Source: Mycobacterium sp. (GTDB lineage Bacteria > Actinomycetota > Actinomycetes > Mycobacteriales > Mycobacteriaceae). From it: 64,000 bases of DNA. Positions 11,052 through 20,965 of this stretch are shown one piece after another. The stretch is taken from assembly GCF_052144515.1 (NCBI RefSeq), contig NZ_JBKQQD010000178.1, positions 17,762 through 81,761 on the forward strand. Direction: 5' to 3'. A program made the position numbers and the translations under genes. Numbering within the stretch: position 1 is the stretch's first letter; every line of letters begins with the position of its first letter. A model generated the notes under the pieces. That model did no database searches and was not told the origin of the DNA. It was given only the letters and a program-made list of their open reading frames with translations.

Positions 11052-11136
11052 GGATTCTATAATCCCTTGTGCCACATTGGTTTCAGCAGTCACATACGGG
11101 CGATTTGTGTCGGTGGGCCTTCGTAAAATTTGACGC

Positions 11137-12495
11137 ATGGGTTCGAGTAGTCGCGAAGAGATCGTCGAGGTCTTCAACTCGCTCGACGCCGACCTGGACC
11201 GCTTGTGTGAGTTGTCTTTTGACGTTCTCACCACCCCAGAACTGCTGCGGGCACTCGAGCGTCTCGAACGCGTCGCACGCCGGTCACGCGCACCGCAGCA
11301 CAGCATCATCAACCAGCTCGGCGCACTAGCCAGCGAGCAAGAACTCGGCGGCACACTGCGCTCGGCGCTGGCCGACCGGTTACGTATCACCAAGGCCGAC
11401 GCCAGTCGGCGCATCGACGACGCCGAGGACTTAGGACAGCGGCGCGCCTTGACCGGTGAACCACTGGCGCCGCAGCTGAGCGGGACTGCCGCCGCCCAGC
11501 ACCAGGGACTGATCGGCGAGGCACACGTGCGGGTGATCCGCAGCTTTTTCGCCCACCTGCCCGCCGAGGTGGACCTGGGTACCCGGGAAGCCGCCGAAGT
11601 CGACCTGGCCGGTAAGGCCGGCGGGTATCGCCCCGATGAGTTGGCCAAGTACGCCCAACGGATCATGGACTGGCTCAACCCCGATGGGGAATTCAGCGAC
11701 CAGGAGCGGGCGCGCAAGCGCGGCATCATGCTGGGCAAGCAGGAATTCGACGGGATGTCACGCCTCAGCGGGCTGGTGACCCCGGAGCTGCGGGCCGCCA
11801 TCGAGGCCATGCTCGCCAAACTGGCCGCCCCCGGGGTGTGCAACCCCGAAGATGAGACCCCCGTGGTCGATGCGACACCCGATGAGGACGCGGTGCGCCG
11901 CGATCACCGATCCGAAGCCCAGCGCAACCATGACGGATTGCTCGCCGGAATACGCGGCGTGTTCGCCTCGGGCGAGCTGAGTCAACACAACGGCCTACCC
12001 GTGTCCATCGTGGTGACCACGACGCTTCAGGACCTAGAGTCCGCCGCCGGCAAAGCTCTGACCGGCGGGGGCACCCTGGTACCCATGTCGGATGTAATCC
12101 GCTGGGCCAGCCACGCCCACCATTATTTGGCGATCTTCGATCATGGCAAAGCCCTGGCGCTGTATCACACCAAGCGCCTGGCCTCTCCCGCCCAACGAAT
12201 CATGCTCTACGCCAAGGACCGCGGTTGCACCAAGCCCGGCTGCGACGCACCCGCCTACCACAGCCAGGTCCACCACGTCCAAGGCTGGAAGGCCACCCAC
12301 CGCACCCACATCAACGACCTGACCCTGGCCTGCGGACCGGATAACCGGCTCGTCGAAAAAGGCGGATTCATCACCCGCAAAAACGCCAACGGCGACACCG
12401 AATGGTTACCGCCGGCGCACCTGGACCGCGGCCAACCCAGAACCAACAGCTTCCATCACCCCGAGAAACTCCTGGCACCCGACGACGACCCGTAG
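11137..12495 (+). mobile_element. REP13E12 / DUF222-HNH endonuclease repeat family element
   Basis: [48 protein letters not shown]...VHHV...[19 protein letters not shown]. Confidence 0.9.
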
Positions 12496-12570
12496 CTGCT
12501 GACGTCAGAACAGCACAGAAGTTGCTTAGGCTTACGTTTACCGGGCCCCTTGTCGGTGCAGGCGCGCCTC

Positions 12571-12726
12571 GACGGAGAGCCCATCGGTGGGCTTTATGCG
12601 GCTGGCGAGGTCGCCGGTTTCGGCGGCGGCGGCGTACATGGTTACAACGCCCTGGAAGGAACCTTCCTCGGCGGCTGCATATTCTCCGGCCGCACCGCCG
12701 GCCGCGCTATCGCCGACGTACTCTGA
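12571..12726 (+). pseudogene. C-terminal remnant of an FAD-binding dehydrogenase (KsdD-like/FAD_binding_2)
   Basis: Manual translation DGEPIGGLYAAGEVAGFGGGGVHGYNALEGTFLGGCIFSGRTAGRAIADVL*; no N-terminal part upstream. Confidence 0.8.
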
Positions 12727-12730
12727 TGCC

Positions 12731-13852
12731 TCAGTTCTCCGGCCAGGACGGGCTGTGCGTCAGCACTTCCGCGCCGGAGGCGGTGACGTGGACGGTGTCC
12801 CGGCGAAATACGGCGCCGACGCCTTCTTGCCACACGTAGCCCGTGATGGCCAGCACCATCCCGGCATCGAGACGGTCGTCTTCGGCTGCGGCCGAAAGCG
12901 TCTCGGACACGACGGGCGGGTCGAAGCCCAGCCCCAGTCCGTGCGCGATCGGCATCGGCGGAATCGGCTCACCGGCCGCTTCATACGCCGCGAGCAGCTC
13001 GCGGGTGGATGCGCCAGGGCGGCAGGCGTCAATGAGCTTGTCGTACAGCGTGTTCGAACGCTGGCGCAGTTGGCGAGCCTCGGCCGTGACCGTTCCGGTC
13101 GGCCAGGTCCGGCCCACCTCGCCGACGTAACCGCCGGCCAAGGCGCCGGCGGCGAATGCGACCAGGTCGCCATCTCGCACTGTGCCGTTCGGTTGTGCGC
13201 GCTGCCAAGGATGTTCGCGCGAGGTCACCCACGCGGCGTCCTGAGTAGCGGGCGTGCTCACCCCGCCGGCGGCCATCGCCTCCAGTACCGCCCCAGCGAG
13301 CTTCTGCTCGGGTAACCCCGTCCGCAATTCCGCCACCCCGGCGGCGAGGCCGCCTTCAGCGATGCGAATGGCCTCGCCCATTGCCGCGATCTCATCAGGT
13401 GTCTTGATGCGCCGCGCCGCGCGCATGGCCAGCTCGCCGTCCACGAGCTCGGCCTTGGGGAACGCTTCGGGCAGCAACGCGGCGAAAGTGGGTGTTATCG
13501 CGTCGGTTCCGACTCGAAGCGCCGTCTCGGCACCGTCGATCTTCTTCAAGACGTCGATCAGCGTCATCGGATTCCAGGTCAACCCGTAGAGGTGATCGTG
13601 GCCTATTTCCTCGGGGACACCCTCGTCATCGGTGGTGTTGAGGTAGATATCGCCGCTGGCGCGCACCACGACACATACCGGGCCGAAGGGTCGGGTCCCG
13701 GCTATCCACAGCTGCGGGGCGCCGGTGACATAGCGGACGTTGGCTTGCCGCCCGAGCACCAGGATGTCGAGGTCGTGTGCCTCCATTTGGGCCAGTGCGC
13801 GTTCCCGACGCCCGACCCGCAATTGCAGGGCGTCAGGCGAAACGTCAGTCAC
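12731..13852 (-). CDS. M24 (pita-bread) family protein with degenerate metal site
   Basis: Creatinase-N domain (QANVRYVTG), RRIKTPDEI, GYVGEVGRT, AHGLG, GMVLAI; GTG start overlaps the upstream stop. Confidence 0.85.
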   Translation of the reverse strand: MTDVSPDALQLRVGRRERALAQMEAHDLDILVLGRQANVRYVTGAPQLWIAGTRPFGPVCVVVRASGDIYLNTTDDEGVPEEIGHDHLYGLTWNPMTLIDVLKKIDGAETALRVGTDAITPTFAALLPEAFPKAELVDGELAMRAARRIKTPDEIAAMGEAIRIAEGGLAAGVAELRTGLPEQKLAGAVLEAMAAGGVSTPATQDAAWVTSREHPWQRAQPNGTVRDGDLVAFAAGALAGGYVGEVGRTWPTGTVTAEARQLRQRSNTLYDKLIDACRPGASTRELLAAYEAAGEPIPPMPIAHGLGLGFDPPVVSETLSAAAEDDRLDAGMVLAITGYVWQEGVGAVFRRDTVHVTASGAEVLTHSPSWPEN

Positions 13853-15080
13853 CGTAGGGGGAGTAGGGGTAGTCGGTGATCGGCAGGTAGCCGTCTTCGG
13901 TAATAACCACGATCTCCTCACTGCGATAGCCACCAGTGCCGTCCTGCCACACCACCGGTTCCAAGACCAGGACCATACCGGGTGGGAAGACGAAGTTGTC
14001 GTCGAAGTCTTCGCCCAGATCGGTTCCGATCATGGGGGTTTCGGCGGGGTAAGTGCCAATGCCGTGGCCGAGGTAGAAGTGCGGCAGCCACGGTTTGCGA
14101 CCGCGGTTGGCGGCTATCGCCGCCCGGGCCAGGTCCCCTGAGGTAGCGCCGGCCTTGGTCACCGCGAGCACTGCGTCCAAGATGGCTTGCCACTGCCGGA
14201 ACTGGTCCTGCTGCGCAGCGGTGGGTTGTTCGCCGACTAGCCAGGTGCGGCCGAAATCCGAGCAGTAGCCGGCGTAGCTGAAGCTGATGTCGGTCCAGAG
14301 CACGTCGCCGGCTGACAGTTCACGATCGGTGGGCAGCAGCGGCAGCGCCAGATCGCCGTGGGTGGTCCAAACGCCGGCCTCCCGGGAAGCCGGCATTACC
14401 TGCCAGATGGCCTCCAGCATGTTGGCGGTGGCGCCCAACTCGAATGCGCGGCGCACCAGTAGGGCCGAAAGGTCAATCTGCCGCACCCCGGGTGCCAGCG
14501 CCTTCTGCACATCCGCCATGGCCTGCTCGGTGATCCGGGCCGCCTGGCGAAGGCACGAAACCTCATCGCGGGTCTTGATCAGCTGCGCGGCGCCGACCAC
14601 TATCGCCGCCTCCTGCGGCGGGCCCGACGGAAACAGGGTGGGCCCTGACCGACGCATCGCGCCGGTCAGCTCGTCGACGGCGATCGTAGCGCCCGGCGGG
14701 ACCAACTCGGCGAGTACGCGCGCAAAGTGCGCTACCCCGTGGTCGAATTCGAGATAAACCGGGCCATGCAGATGGTCATGCGGGACCGGTGGCTCCAATG
14801 AGGCCCCACTTCGAAAAGGCAGGAACAGATGCGGATGTTCGTCGTCGGCCAGCACGATCGCCACCGGGCGTTCCACGTGCGACAGGCCGGCGTCCAGCAG
14901 CGGCCAGCTAACCCCGGTTGCGTATTGGACGTGGCCGTTCATCAAGAGGATCAGTGCATCGACGCCGTGGTCGACCATCGCCGACCGGAGTCGTGCGCCG
15001 GTCTCTGAACGCATGCGTGCCCAGTCGGGCTCGTCGGGAATCTCGAAAACCGAGCCGCGGGCGGTGAGTGAGTTCGCCAT
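13845..15080 (-). CDS. M24 family metallo-enzyme (Xaa-Pro peptidase/DddP-like fold)
   Basis: IKTRDEV, WTDISFSYAGYCSDFGRT, GHGIG, LVLEP, RSEE: all five metal ligands present. Confidence 0.88.
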   Translation of the reverse strand: MANSLTARGSVFEIPDEPDWARMRSETGARLRSAMVDHGVDALILLMNGHVQYATGVSWPLLDAGLSHVERPVAIVLADDEHPHLFLPFRSGASLEPPVPHDHLHGPVYLEFDHGVAHFARVLAELVPPGATIAVDELTGAMRRSGPTLFPSGPPQEAAIVVGAAQLIKTRDEVSCLRQAARITEQAMADVQKALAPGVRQIDLSALLVRRAFELGATANMLEAIWQVMPASREAGVWTTHGDLALPLLPTDRELSAGDVLWTDISFSYAGYCSDFGRTWLVGEQPTAAQQDQFRQWQAILDAVLAVTKAGATSGDLARAAIAANRGRKPWLPHFYLGHGIGTYPAETPMIGTDLGEDFDDNFVFPPGMVLVLEPVVWQDGTGGYRSEEIVVITEDGYLPITDYPYSPYGD

Positions 15081-16235
15081 CTAGATACCTAGGAAGTTTC
15101 TGATGTTGCCGCCGACGACACGGACGGCGTCTTCGGGGCCGACGGCCTCCACCACCGCGGCCAGCGACCGCTCCGAATACCCGAAAGTGCTTTCGTTGTG
15201 CGGATAGTCGGATGACCACATCACCTTGTCGATTCCGATCTCGTCGATCTGTTTCAGGCCCAGGCCGTCGACCATGAACGAGGCGCACATGTGGGTGTCC
15301 CAGTAGTGGCGGGGGTCGTGTTCGGGCTGGTGTTTGAGCATGTGCTGGTATGACGCCAGCACGTGTTCGGCGTCCTGCAGGGCCGGGAGCACCCACGCGA
15401 TCCCGCCTTCGAACCAGCCGACACGCAGGCTGGGATGCCGGTCCAGGATGCCGCCGAAGATGTACTTGGAGAACATCTCCCGGAATGAGTCGATGTTGAC
15501 CATCATGGCGACCGCGACGCTGTTGACCTCGCTCGGGCACTTCGGCTGGCTTTCGCCGATGTGGTGGCTGACCGGTAGGCCGGCCTCTTCGATCTCGTCC
15601 CACACCGCGCTCATCTCCGTGCTCGAGTAGTCGATGACGTGCCCGTGGTCGTCATTGCCCGGACTTATCGGCATCAGAAACGTCTTGAGCCGCAGCGACT
15701 TCAGCTCCGAGAGGGTACGGCGAGCGCCACGCGGGTCCCACCAGTTGATCAAACCGACGCCGTAGCAGTGCCCGTTGGAGCGTTCCTGGACATCGGCGAT
15801 GTGTTCGTTGTAGATGCGGAAAATCCGTTCGCGCAAGTCCTTGTCGGGATAGTGGAACAGCGCGAGGACCGCGTTGGGGAACGCCAGTTCCTTGTCGACG
15901 CCGTCCCCGGCGAGTTCACGGATGCGGGCGTCGATGTTGTTGGTGGCCGCGCCGGCGAGATCGTCGTATTGCATGAGCACGGCGCTGAAATCGCCGACCA
16001 CCATTGAATTCCCCGGGGGGCCGAGCAAGTACGCGCCGTCCTCGTACCAGATCCGCGGCGCGCGGTCTTTGAGGTCGTCGGGGAAGTGCTGATAGAAGAT
16101 GTCGTCTGCCACCGAGATATGGTTGTCGGCCGAGAAGACCTCGGTCCCGGCGGGCAGGCCGGTGTCGAATTCGGTTGCCCGACCGTGCCGGTGCTTGGGT
16201 GCCCCGATCGGGCCGGCCGGGTCGAGACTTGTCAT
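15081..16235 (-). CDS. Amidohydrolase family protein (amidohydro_2)
   Basis: Start MTSLDPAG; [42 protein letters not shown]. Confidence 0.88.
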   Translation of the reverse strand: MTSLDPAGPIGAPKHRHGRATEFDTGLPAGTEVFSADNHISVADDIFYQHFPDDLKDRAPRIWYEDGAYLLGPPGNSMVVGDFSAVLMQYDDLAGAATNNIDARIRELAGDGVDKELAFPNAVLALFHYPDKDLRERIFRIYNEHIADVQERSNGHCYGVGLINWWDPRGARRTLSELKSLRLKTFLMPISPGNDDHGHVIDYSSTEMSAVWDEIEEAGLPVSHHIGESQPKCPSEVNSVAVAMMVNIDSFREMFSKYIFGGILDRHPSLRVGWFEGGIAWVLPALQDAEHVLASYQHMLKHQPEHDPRHYWDTHMCASFMVDGLGLKQIDEIGIDKVMWSSDYPHNESTFGYSERSLAAVVEAVGPEDAVRVVGGNIRNFLGI

Positions 16236-17003
16236 GATCGTTCCTTCGGGTGCCTCTGATGTGAAAGCGACAGCACTCCAAGCTGTTCGAGGTCGACGAG
16301 GTACTTGTCGATCAGCTGCTCTGACAGGTGGGGGATTGTACGTCCGGACATTTCGACCGCCGCCCGGAACCCGTTCACCGGGTACCGGTGAGCCGGCGAC
16401 GGCGGGCATGGGTTGGCGGTACACGTCCAACACTGTAAGCACCGACTGGGAACGCTCTCGTTCGGGTAGTGCGCGCATCGCCGTCTCGAACCGGCTCAGC
16501 CAGTCCGAGTAGTCCTCGATCCGTTCGATGGAATAGCCCGCGGCGATGATCCAGTCCACGAAAGTGTCCAGGGAGATGCCGTCGTCGTGCGGGTTGATGG
16601 TGTTGTAGGTGTCAAAGCTGCTGCCGTGCTGCGGGCCTATCGCCGCGATCGCATCGGCGAGGAAGTCGACCGGCAGGCCCTCGTAGTGCGGGCCCCGACC
16701 TTTGGGGCCCGCGGCCCCTGCACGGTAGAACGACCGCGGGGCGATACCGCTGGCAACCAGACTGAACAACAGCCGGGTAAAGATATCGGGCACGTTGAGC
16801 TGCCCCGCGTAGCGGCTGTCGGCGAGGATCATGCCGGGCCGGAAGACCGCGAGGGGCAGTCCGCACAGATCGTGGGCCTCGCGCATCAACACCTCGCCGG
16901 CCCACTTGCTGATCCCGTAACCGTTGGCATCGCCGTCATTGACCACGCAGGCGGGCACCGCCCTGCGGATATCAGTGTCCTCATCGACGAGCTGATGCGC
17001 CAC
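16232..17003 (-). pseudogene. 3' fragment of a carboxylic acid reductase (thioester-reductase domain), frameshifted
   Basis: [67 protein letters not shown] +1 shift near 16371 hides the tail [20 protein letters not shown]. Confidence 0.85.
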
Positions 17004-17113
17004 CGCGCCACCGAAGCGCCCCGTTGGTGCAGCGTTTCGACGGTCGCTTGCCCGATACCGGATGCTCCGCCGGTAACGATCGCTACCTTGCCCTCGAACT
17101 CGTCGTGTTCCAT
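16997..17113 (-). pseudogene. 5' fragment of an SDR oxidoreductase, fused by deletion to the CAR fragment
   Basis: [36 protein letters not shown], after which SDR homology stops. Confidence 0.8.
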
Positions 17114-17119
17114 CACGCG

Positions 17120-17139
17120 CACTCTACATCTGTAGAGTG
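17120..17139. promoter_or_regulatory. Perfect palindromic operator CACTCTACA-TC-TGTAGAGTG overlapping a TAGAGT -10 box
   Basis: 9-bp inverted repeat with a 2-nt spacer; on the minus strand TAGAGT lies 7 nt before the SDR ATG. Confidence 0.8.
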
Positions 17140-17202
17140 GTGGCGAGAACTGGGTGGAAATCGACATGGCACGGCGATGTTCGAAAGCCATACGCTCATC
17201 GC

Positions 17203-17679
17203 ATGAATCCGCTCCAGCGAGTGGCGCGAAATCCGATTACGTACCGGTGGCTGGTGTTGCCCGCCCGACCGATCGCCGAGCTTCTCGAGTCTTTTCTCCG
17301 GTTCGTGACGGCTGGGCGAATCGGCGTTCTGGACCTCGCCGGCCTACCCTGCGTGCGGATCACCACGAAAGGCCGCAAAACGGGTCTTGCCCGCACGACA
17401 ACCGTGCAATACGTACCGGTCGACGACGGGTTGGTGCTGGTTGGCTCCAACTGGGGCCGGCGGCACCACCCGGCGTGGTCGGCGAACCTTCAAGCGGCAG
17501 AACGGGTCACCGTCCGCGGCCACCGCGAATTTTTCACCGCAACGCCGCGGCTGCTCACCGGAGAAGAACGCGACACGGCGTGGGCCACGGTCGTGGCGCA
17601 CTGGCCGAACTATCAGATCGCTCAACATCGCGCCGGCGCACGCCAATTCCGGCTGTTTCTTCTCACGCCGACCGAGTGA
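17203..17679 (+). CDS. F420-dependent (Ddn-like) nitroreductase family oxidoreductase
   Basis: TTKGRKTGLARTT, LVGSNWG, HPAWSANL, YQ...R.FRLFLL; TACGCT -10 six nt upstream. Confidence 0.85.
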   Translation: MNPLQRVARNPITYRWLVLPARPIAELLESFLRFVTAGRIGVLDLAGLPCVRITTKGRKTGLARTTTVQYVPVDDGLVLVGSNWGRRHHPAWSANLQAAERVTVRGHREFFTATPRLLTGEERDTAWATVVAHWPNYQIAQHRAGARQFRLFLLTPTE

Positions 17680-17737
17680 CGGTTCGCGACGCATCAACTG
17701 GTGCACTCACGCTTCGACGAATCTTGCGTAGCGCAGC

Positions 17738-18609
17738 CTAGCTGGGCTTTCTTAAGTGCGGCCCCAACAGCTGCTGCCAACCTCTGGACATGTTCTCAAA
17801 CTCGCCTTCGCAGTTGCCGGCTCGGTCCTCCGGCAGGCCTCCGGATGTGACAATGCTGCCGTTGGCCGCCGGGTCTGAGCCGTAGATCCAGCATTCCCAG
17901 TTGTACATCCGCTGTATGTCCATTGGGTGCCCGTCCCAAAACGGGAGCTCGCTGGCGTCCCCGGCCTCCTTTGCGCTCAGCTTCCAGTCTTGCGCGGTGT
18001 TCGTCGCGATTGGGACACCGTTGGGATAGGGCTTCCCAACGGCACCGGGGGTAAGGAGCATGAAGGCTGACAGCTGGTCGGCCACATCTTCCTCACGCCC
18101 GGTGAACGCGAGGTTATAGATGGCCAGCGCGGCGTGACCGAGCTCGTGGTTGAACGCGGAGGTCGCCTCATCGACCGCGGCGGCCGCCGGATCCGGGTTA
18201 CCGCTACCGGCGAAGTTCTGCTCACTGTGCTGGATGGCCTCGTAGCAGAGTTGCACCTCGCTGACATTCGGATCATAAAAATCGTTGACCGTGTCGCATT
18301 GCTTGGCGACGGCGGCCCCCATGTTGGACGGCAGCACCAAGGTGTCCTCGACGTGGCGAGCGAGATCCTCCAAAAGCCGCGCGTTTTGCATCAGTTCGCG
18401 CCCGCGTTGCGCCTCCGGGGTGTGGGCGTCTTCATAACGGATTCCACCCTTCCCGACGCGGGCGGCGGTGGGGCCTCGGACGTCTGTGCCGTCTGTGTCG
18501 AGGGCCGCGCCGCGGGCACTGTGGTGCCGGCTTGATGGGTGTCGGACCCGCTGCATCCGGCGGTCAGCAATGCAGCACATGCTGCGATGACGGTGGTCGG
18601 TCTCTTCAC
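17738..18609 (-). pseudogene. DUF4344-type metallopeptidase lipoprotein, frameshifted
   Basis: Lipobox LLTAGC in frame 18391-18609; NDFYDP, LCYE, HELGH, REEDVAD, DGHPMDIQR in frame 17738-18580; 1-nt shift near 18443. Confidence 0.78.
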
Positions 18610-18781
18610 TGCGCCAATTTCCCCCTCGACATAGCCCCCGGTCCCACGAGGATGTCTTCAGACGTCTTCAGATCCGGTGTGCCGGATCAACTGCGTGAGA
18701 CCTTCGAGAACGGTACGACACTTCGGCCGTCCGGATCAGCGCAACCACCAAGCCTTTTCGGGTAGAAGTAGCGCACTGTGC

Positions 18782-19924
18782 TCACGCAAGAGCGTCGAAG
18801 ATCAACGCCGCGTAGGTCGCCGTGCGGTCTGAACCGAGAATCCCGGGCCCCATCTTGTTCATGACGTAGGAGATGGTGGTGCGCCGATCGGGGCACATCA
18901 ACACCATCGAGCCGCCCCATCCACCCCAGAAGCAAATCCTCTCATCCGGAAGGTAGGGGAGCGCCTCGTTCTTCGCCAGCCCGTATCCGATACCCCAACG
19001 CAGCGGCGCGGAGAGGACGAGGTCGATGCCTTTTGTTTGCTCGTCGAAGATCAGCTCGACGGTGTCGGGCTTCAGCAACTGCACTGCACGTGCCTTGCCC
19101 CCCAGTGAAATTGCCGACAGTATCGTCGCCAGGGAACGCGCGTTGCCGTGGCCGTTGAGTGCGCCCAACTCGGCCCCGCGCCACGCCGCCGTGTTTGCGG
19201 CGTCGGCGTTGGGCGGTGGACCGCTGAAGGTTTTGCGCATCGGGCTGTCTTCGGGAAGCAGCTCGAGCGGCAACTCAAGGGGTGGGGGCGCGATGATCTC
19301 GGCGATGCGGTCGTAATCAGCAAGATGGGCGCCGATTTGGAAGTCGGCGCGCAGCGGCCCGGCGATCTCGTCGCGGACAAACTCCTTGAGCGAACGCCCG
19401 GTGACGCGCCGCATCACCTCACCGATCAGATGCCCTTGGTTGTGTGCGTGATATCCGGACGCGGTTCCCGGCTCCCACCAAGGCGCCTGGGCGGCCAGGG
19501 CCGCCGTGGACTTGTCCCACTCATACATGTCTTCGGTGGTGAACGGCAATTCCCAGCCGGAAACACCCGACGTGTGTGACAGCACATGACGAAACTCGAT
19601 GTCGTGCTTACCATTTGCCGCGAACTCGGGCCAGTAGGTGGCCACCGGCGCGGTCAGTTCGACCATTCCGCGGTCGACGAGCATCAGTGCGGCCAGGCTG
19701 GTGACAGTCTTGGTGGATGACCAGACATTGACGATGGTGTTCTCAGTCCAGGCGTTGGTCCGTGCACCGTCGGTGAATCCGCCCCAGATGTCGACGACGG
19801 CCTCGCCATCGATGTCGATGGCAATGCATGCGCCAACCTCTTCACCGTAGACGATGTTGTCCGCCAGCGCCGCGCGGACCTTGTCGAAGCGCGGGTCGCA
19901 ATGTCCGTGAACTACGTCGTCCAT
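18782..19924 (-). CDS. Serine hydrolase, beta-lactamase/EstA family esterase
   Basis: WSSTK (SxxK), LSHTSG, WEPGTASGYH, WGGWGGS. Confidence 0.9.
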   Translation of the reverse strand: MDDVVHGHCDPRFDKVRAALADNIVYGEEVGACIAIDIDGEAVVDIWGGFTDGARTNAWTENTIVNVWSSTKTVTSLAALMLVDRGMVELTAPVATYWPEFAANGKHDIEFRHVLSHTSGVSGWELPFTTEDMYEWDKSTAALAAQAPWWEPGTASGYHAHNQGHLIGEVMRRVTGRSLKEFVRDEIAGPLRADFQIGAHLADYDRIAEIIAPPPLELPLELLPEDSPMRKTFSGPPPNADAANTAAWRGAELGALNGHGNARSLATILSAISLGGKARAVQLLKPDTVELIFDEQTKGIDLVLSAPLRWGIGYGLAKNEALPYLPDERICFWGGWGGSMVLMCPDRRTTISYVMNKMGPGILGSDRTATYAALIFDALA

Positions 19925-20062
19925 CTGGTTTGCTCCATTCGTTCGCGGTCAACCCGGACCTTTGCGCACGACGGCGCGTGCGTCGGACGAAACCGGGGCG
20001 CTGCAGCCGGAATCGGCTGCGTCGCTGTGGGTCCGAGCGGTGATACCACGGCGACCCTGAGG

Positions 20063-20683
20063 TCAGCCGCCGAGCCCCTTCTTTACGGCCGCGTCTTGCT
20101 TCTGGCCGACATCGGTGAGGAAGTCCGGCGGCGGGAGCATGCCGGGCGGGCCATCGAATTGGAGCGTGACGAATGCCCTGCCCTCGGTGAACAACAAGAT
20201 GGCTATCCCTTTGTTGCCGTCCGGTGTGTTGCCCGAGATAAGCGTTCCGCCGGTGCCGATGTTGTTGGCCGGCTGTGTTTGCGGGTCTTTGATTGAATTA
20301 CCCTGTCCCGTCTTTGCTGCGTTCAGCGCGTTGGTGGCGGCGGCGGGGTCCGCCAGCACTTGGATGGTGTCGTGAATGACGTGGTTGCTCTCTGGGGTGC
20401 TGAAGGTCGTCGCGACACCCGGTTGGCCGTTCGGGTTGTTTATCGGCGGGCTTGCGGTGAAGGTTTCGGGCGCGTTGATATCCGCTGCCTGGATCAACAG
20501 CCCGGTGTAGTCGTTCGGCTGTGCTGGCGCTGAGGAAGTCGGGCCCGAGCTGCGCGCGCTCGTGGCCGACGTAGCCGAGCCCGACGTCGTCGTCGATGAC
20601 GTTTTGCTGCCGCAGCCGGCCACCGAGACCGCCAGCGCCGTCGCGGCGACCACGCCGGCGACCATCGTTTGAGAAATCCTCAT
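20063..20683 (-). CDS. Lipoprotein of unknown function
   Basis: MRISQTMVAGVVAATALAVSVAGC lipobox, Ser/Thr-rich linker, LLFTEGRAFVTLQFDG domain. Confidence 0.8.
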   Translation of the reverse strand: MRISQTMVAGVVAATALAVSVAGCGSKTSSTTTSGSATSATSARSSGPTSSAPAQPNDYTGLLIQAADINAPETFTASPPINNPNGQPGVATTFSTPESNHVIHDTIQVLADPAAATNALNAAKTGQGNSIKDPQTQPANNIGTGGTLISGNTPDGNKGIAILLFTEGRAFVTLQFDGPPGMLPPPDFLTDVGQKQDAAVKKGLGG

Positions 20684-20965
20684 CGCACCCATGCTCCTCG
20701 CGGTAACGCTCGGGCGACCGGGGAAAGTGACCCAGGCCGAACTTCTTGATCCCGAAACGCACAGTACATCGCTTTCCGGACGCAGCGGTCGGTTGGTTAC
20801 GGGGTAGGCGGCAGCAACGTCCGGGCGACGGTGGTTCACCTTGTGACGACGGACCCCCCGCCGGTAACGTCCGCTGTGGTTCCGCACGGGAACGCCGAAG
20901 ACGTCTATCGCATCCGATTTGTTGAGTCCGCCCGCCGCCAACTCACTAGCGCAGGAGGCCGATAA

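Noticed and set aside
15081-17003. 640-aa ORF as a natural reductase-amidohydrolase fusion
   Set aside because: The reductase part lacks its Rossmann start, and the join is a +1 frameshift through out-of-frame CAR tail, so it is a decay product
18654-18672. Direct repeat GTCTTCAGA x2 as a response-regulator site
   Set aside because: Only two copies, upstream of a pseudogene, and no convincing match to a known box
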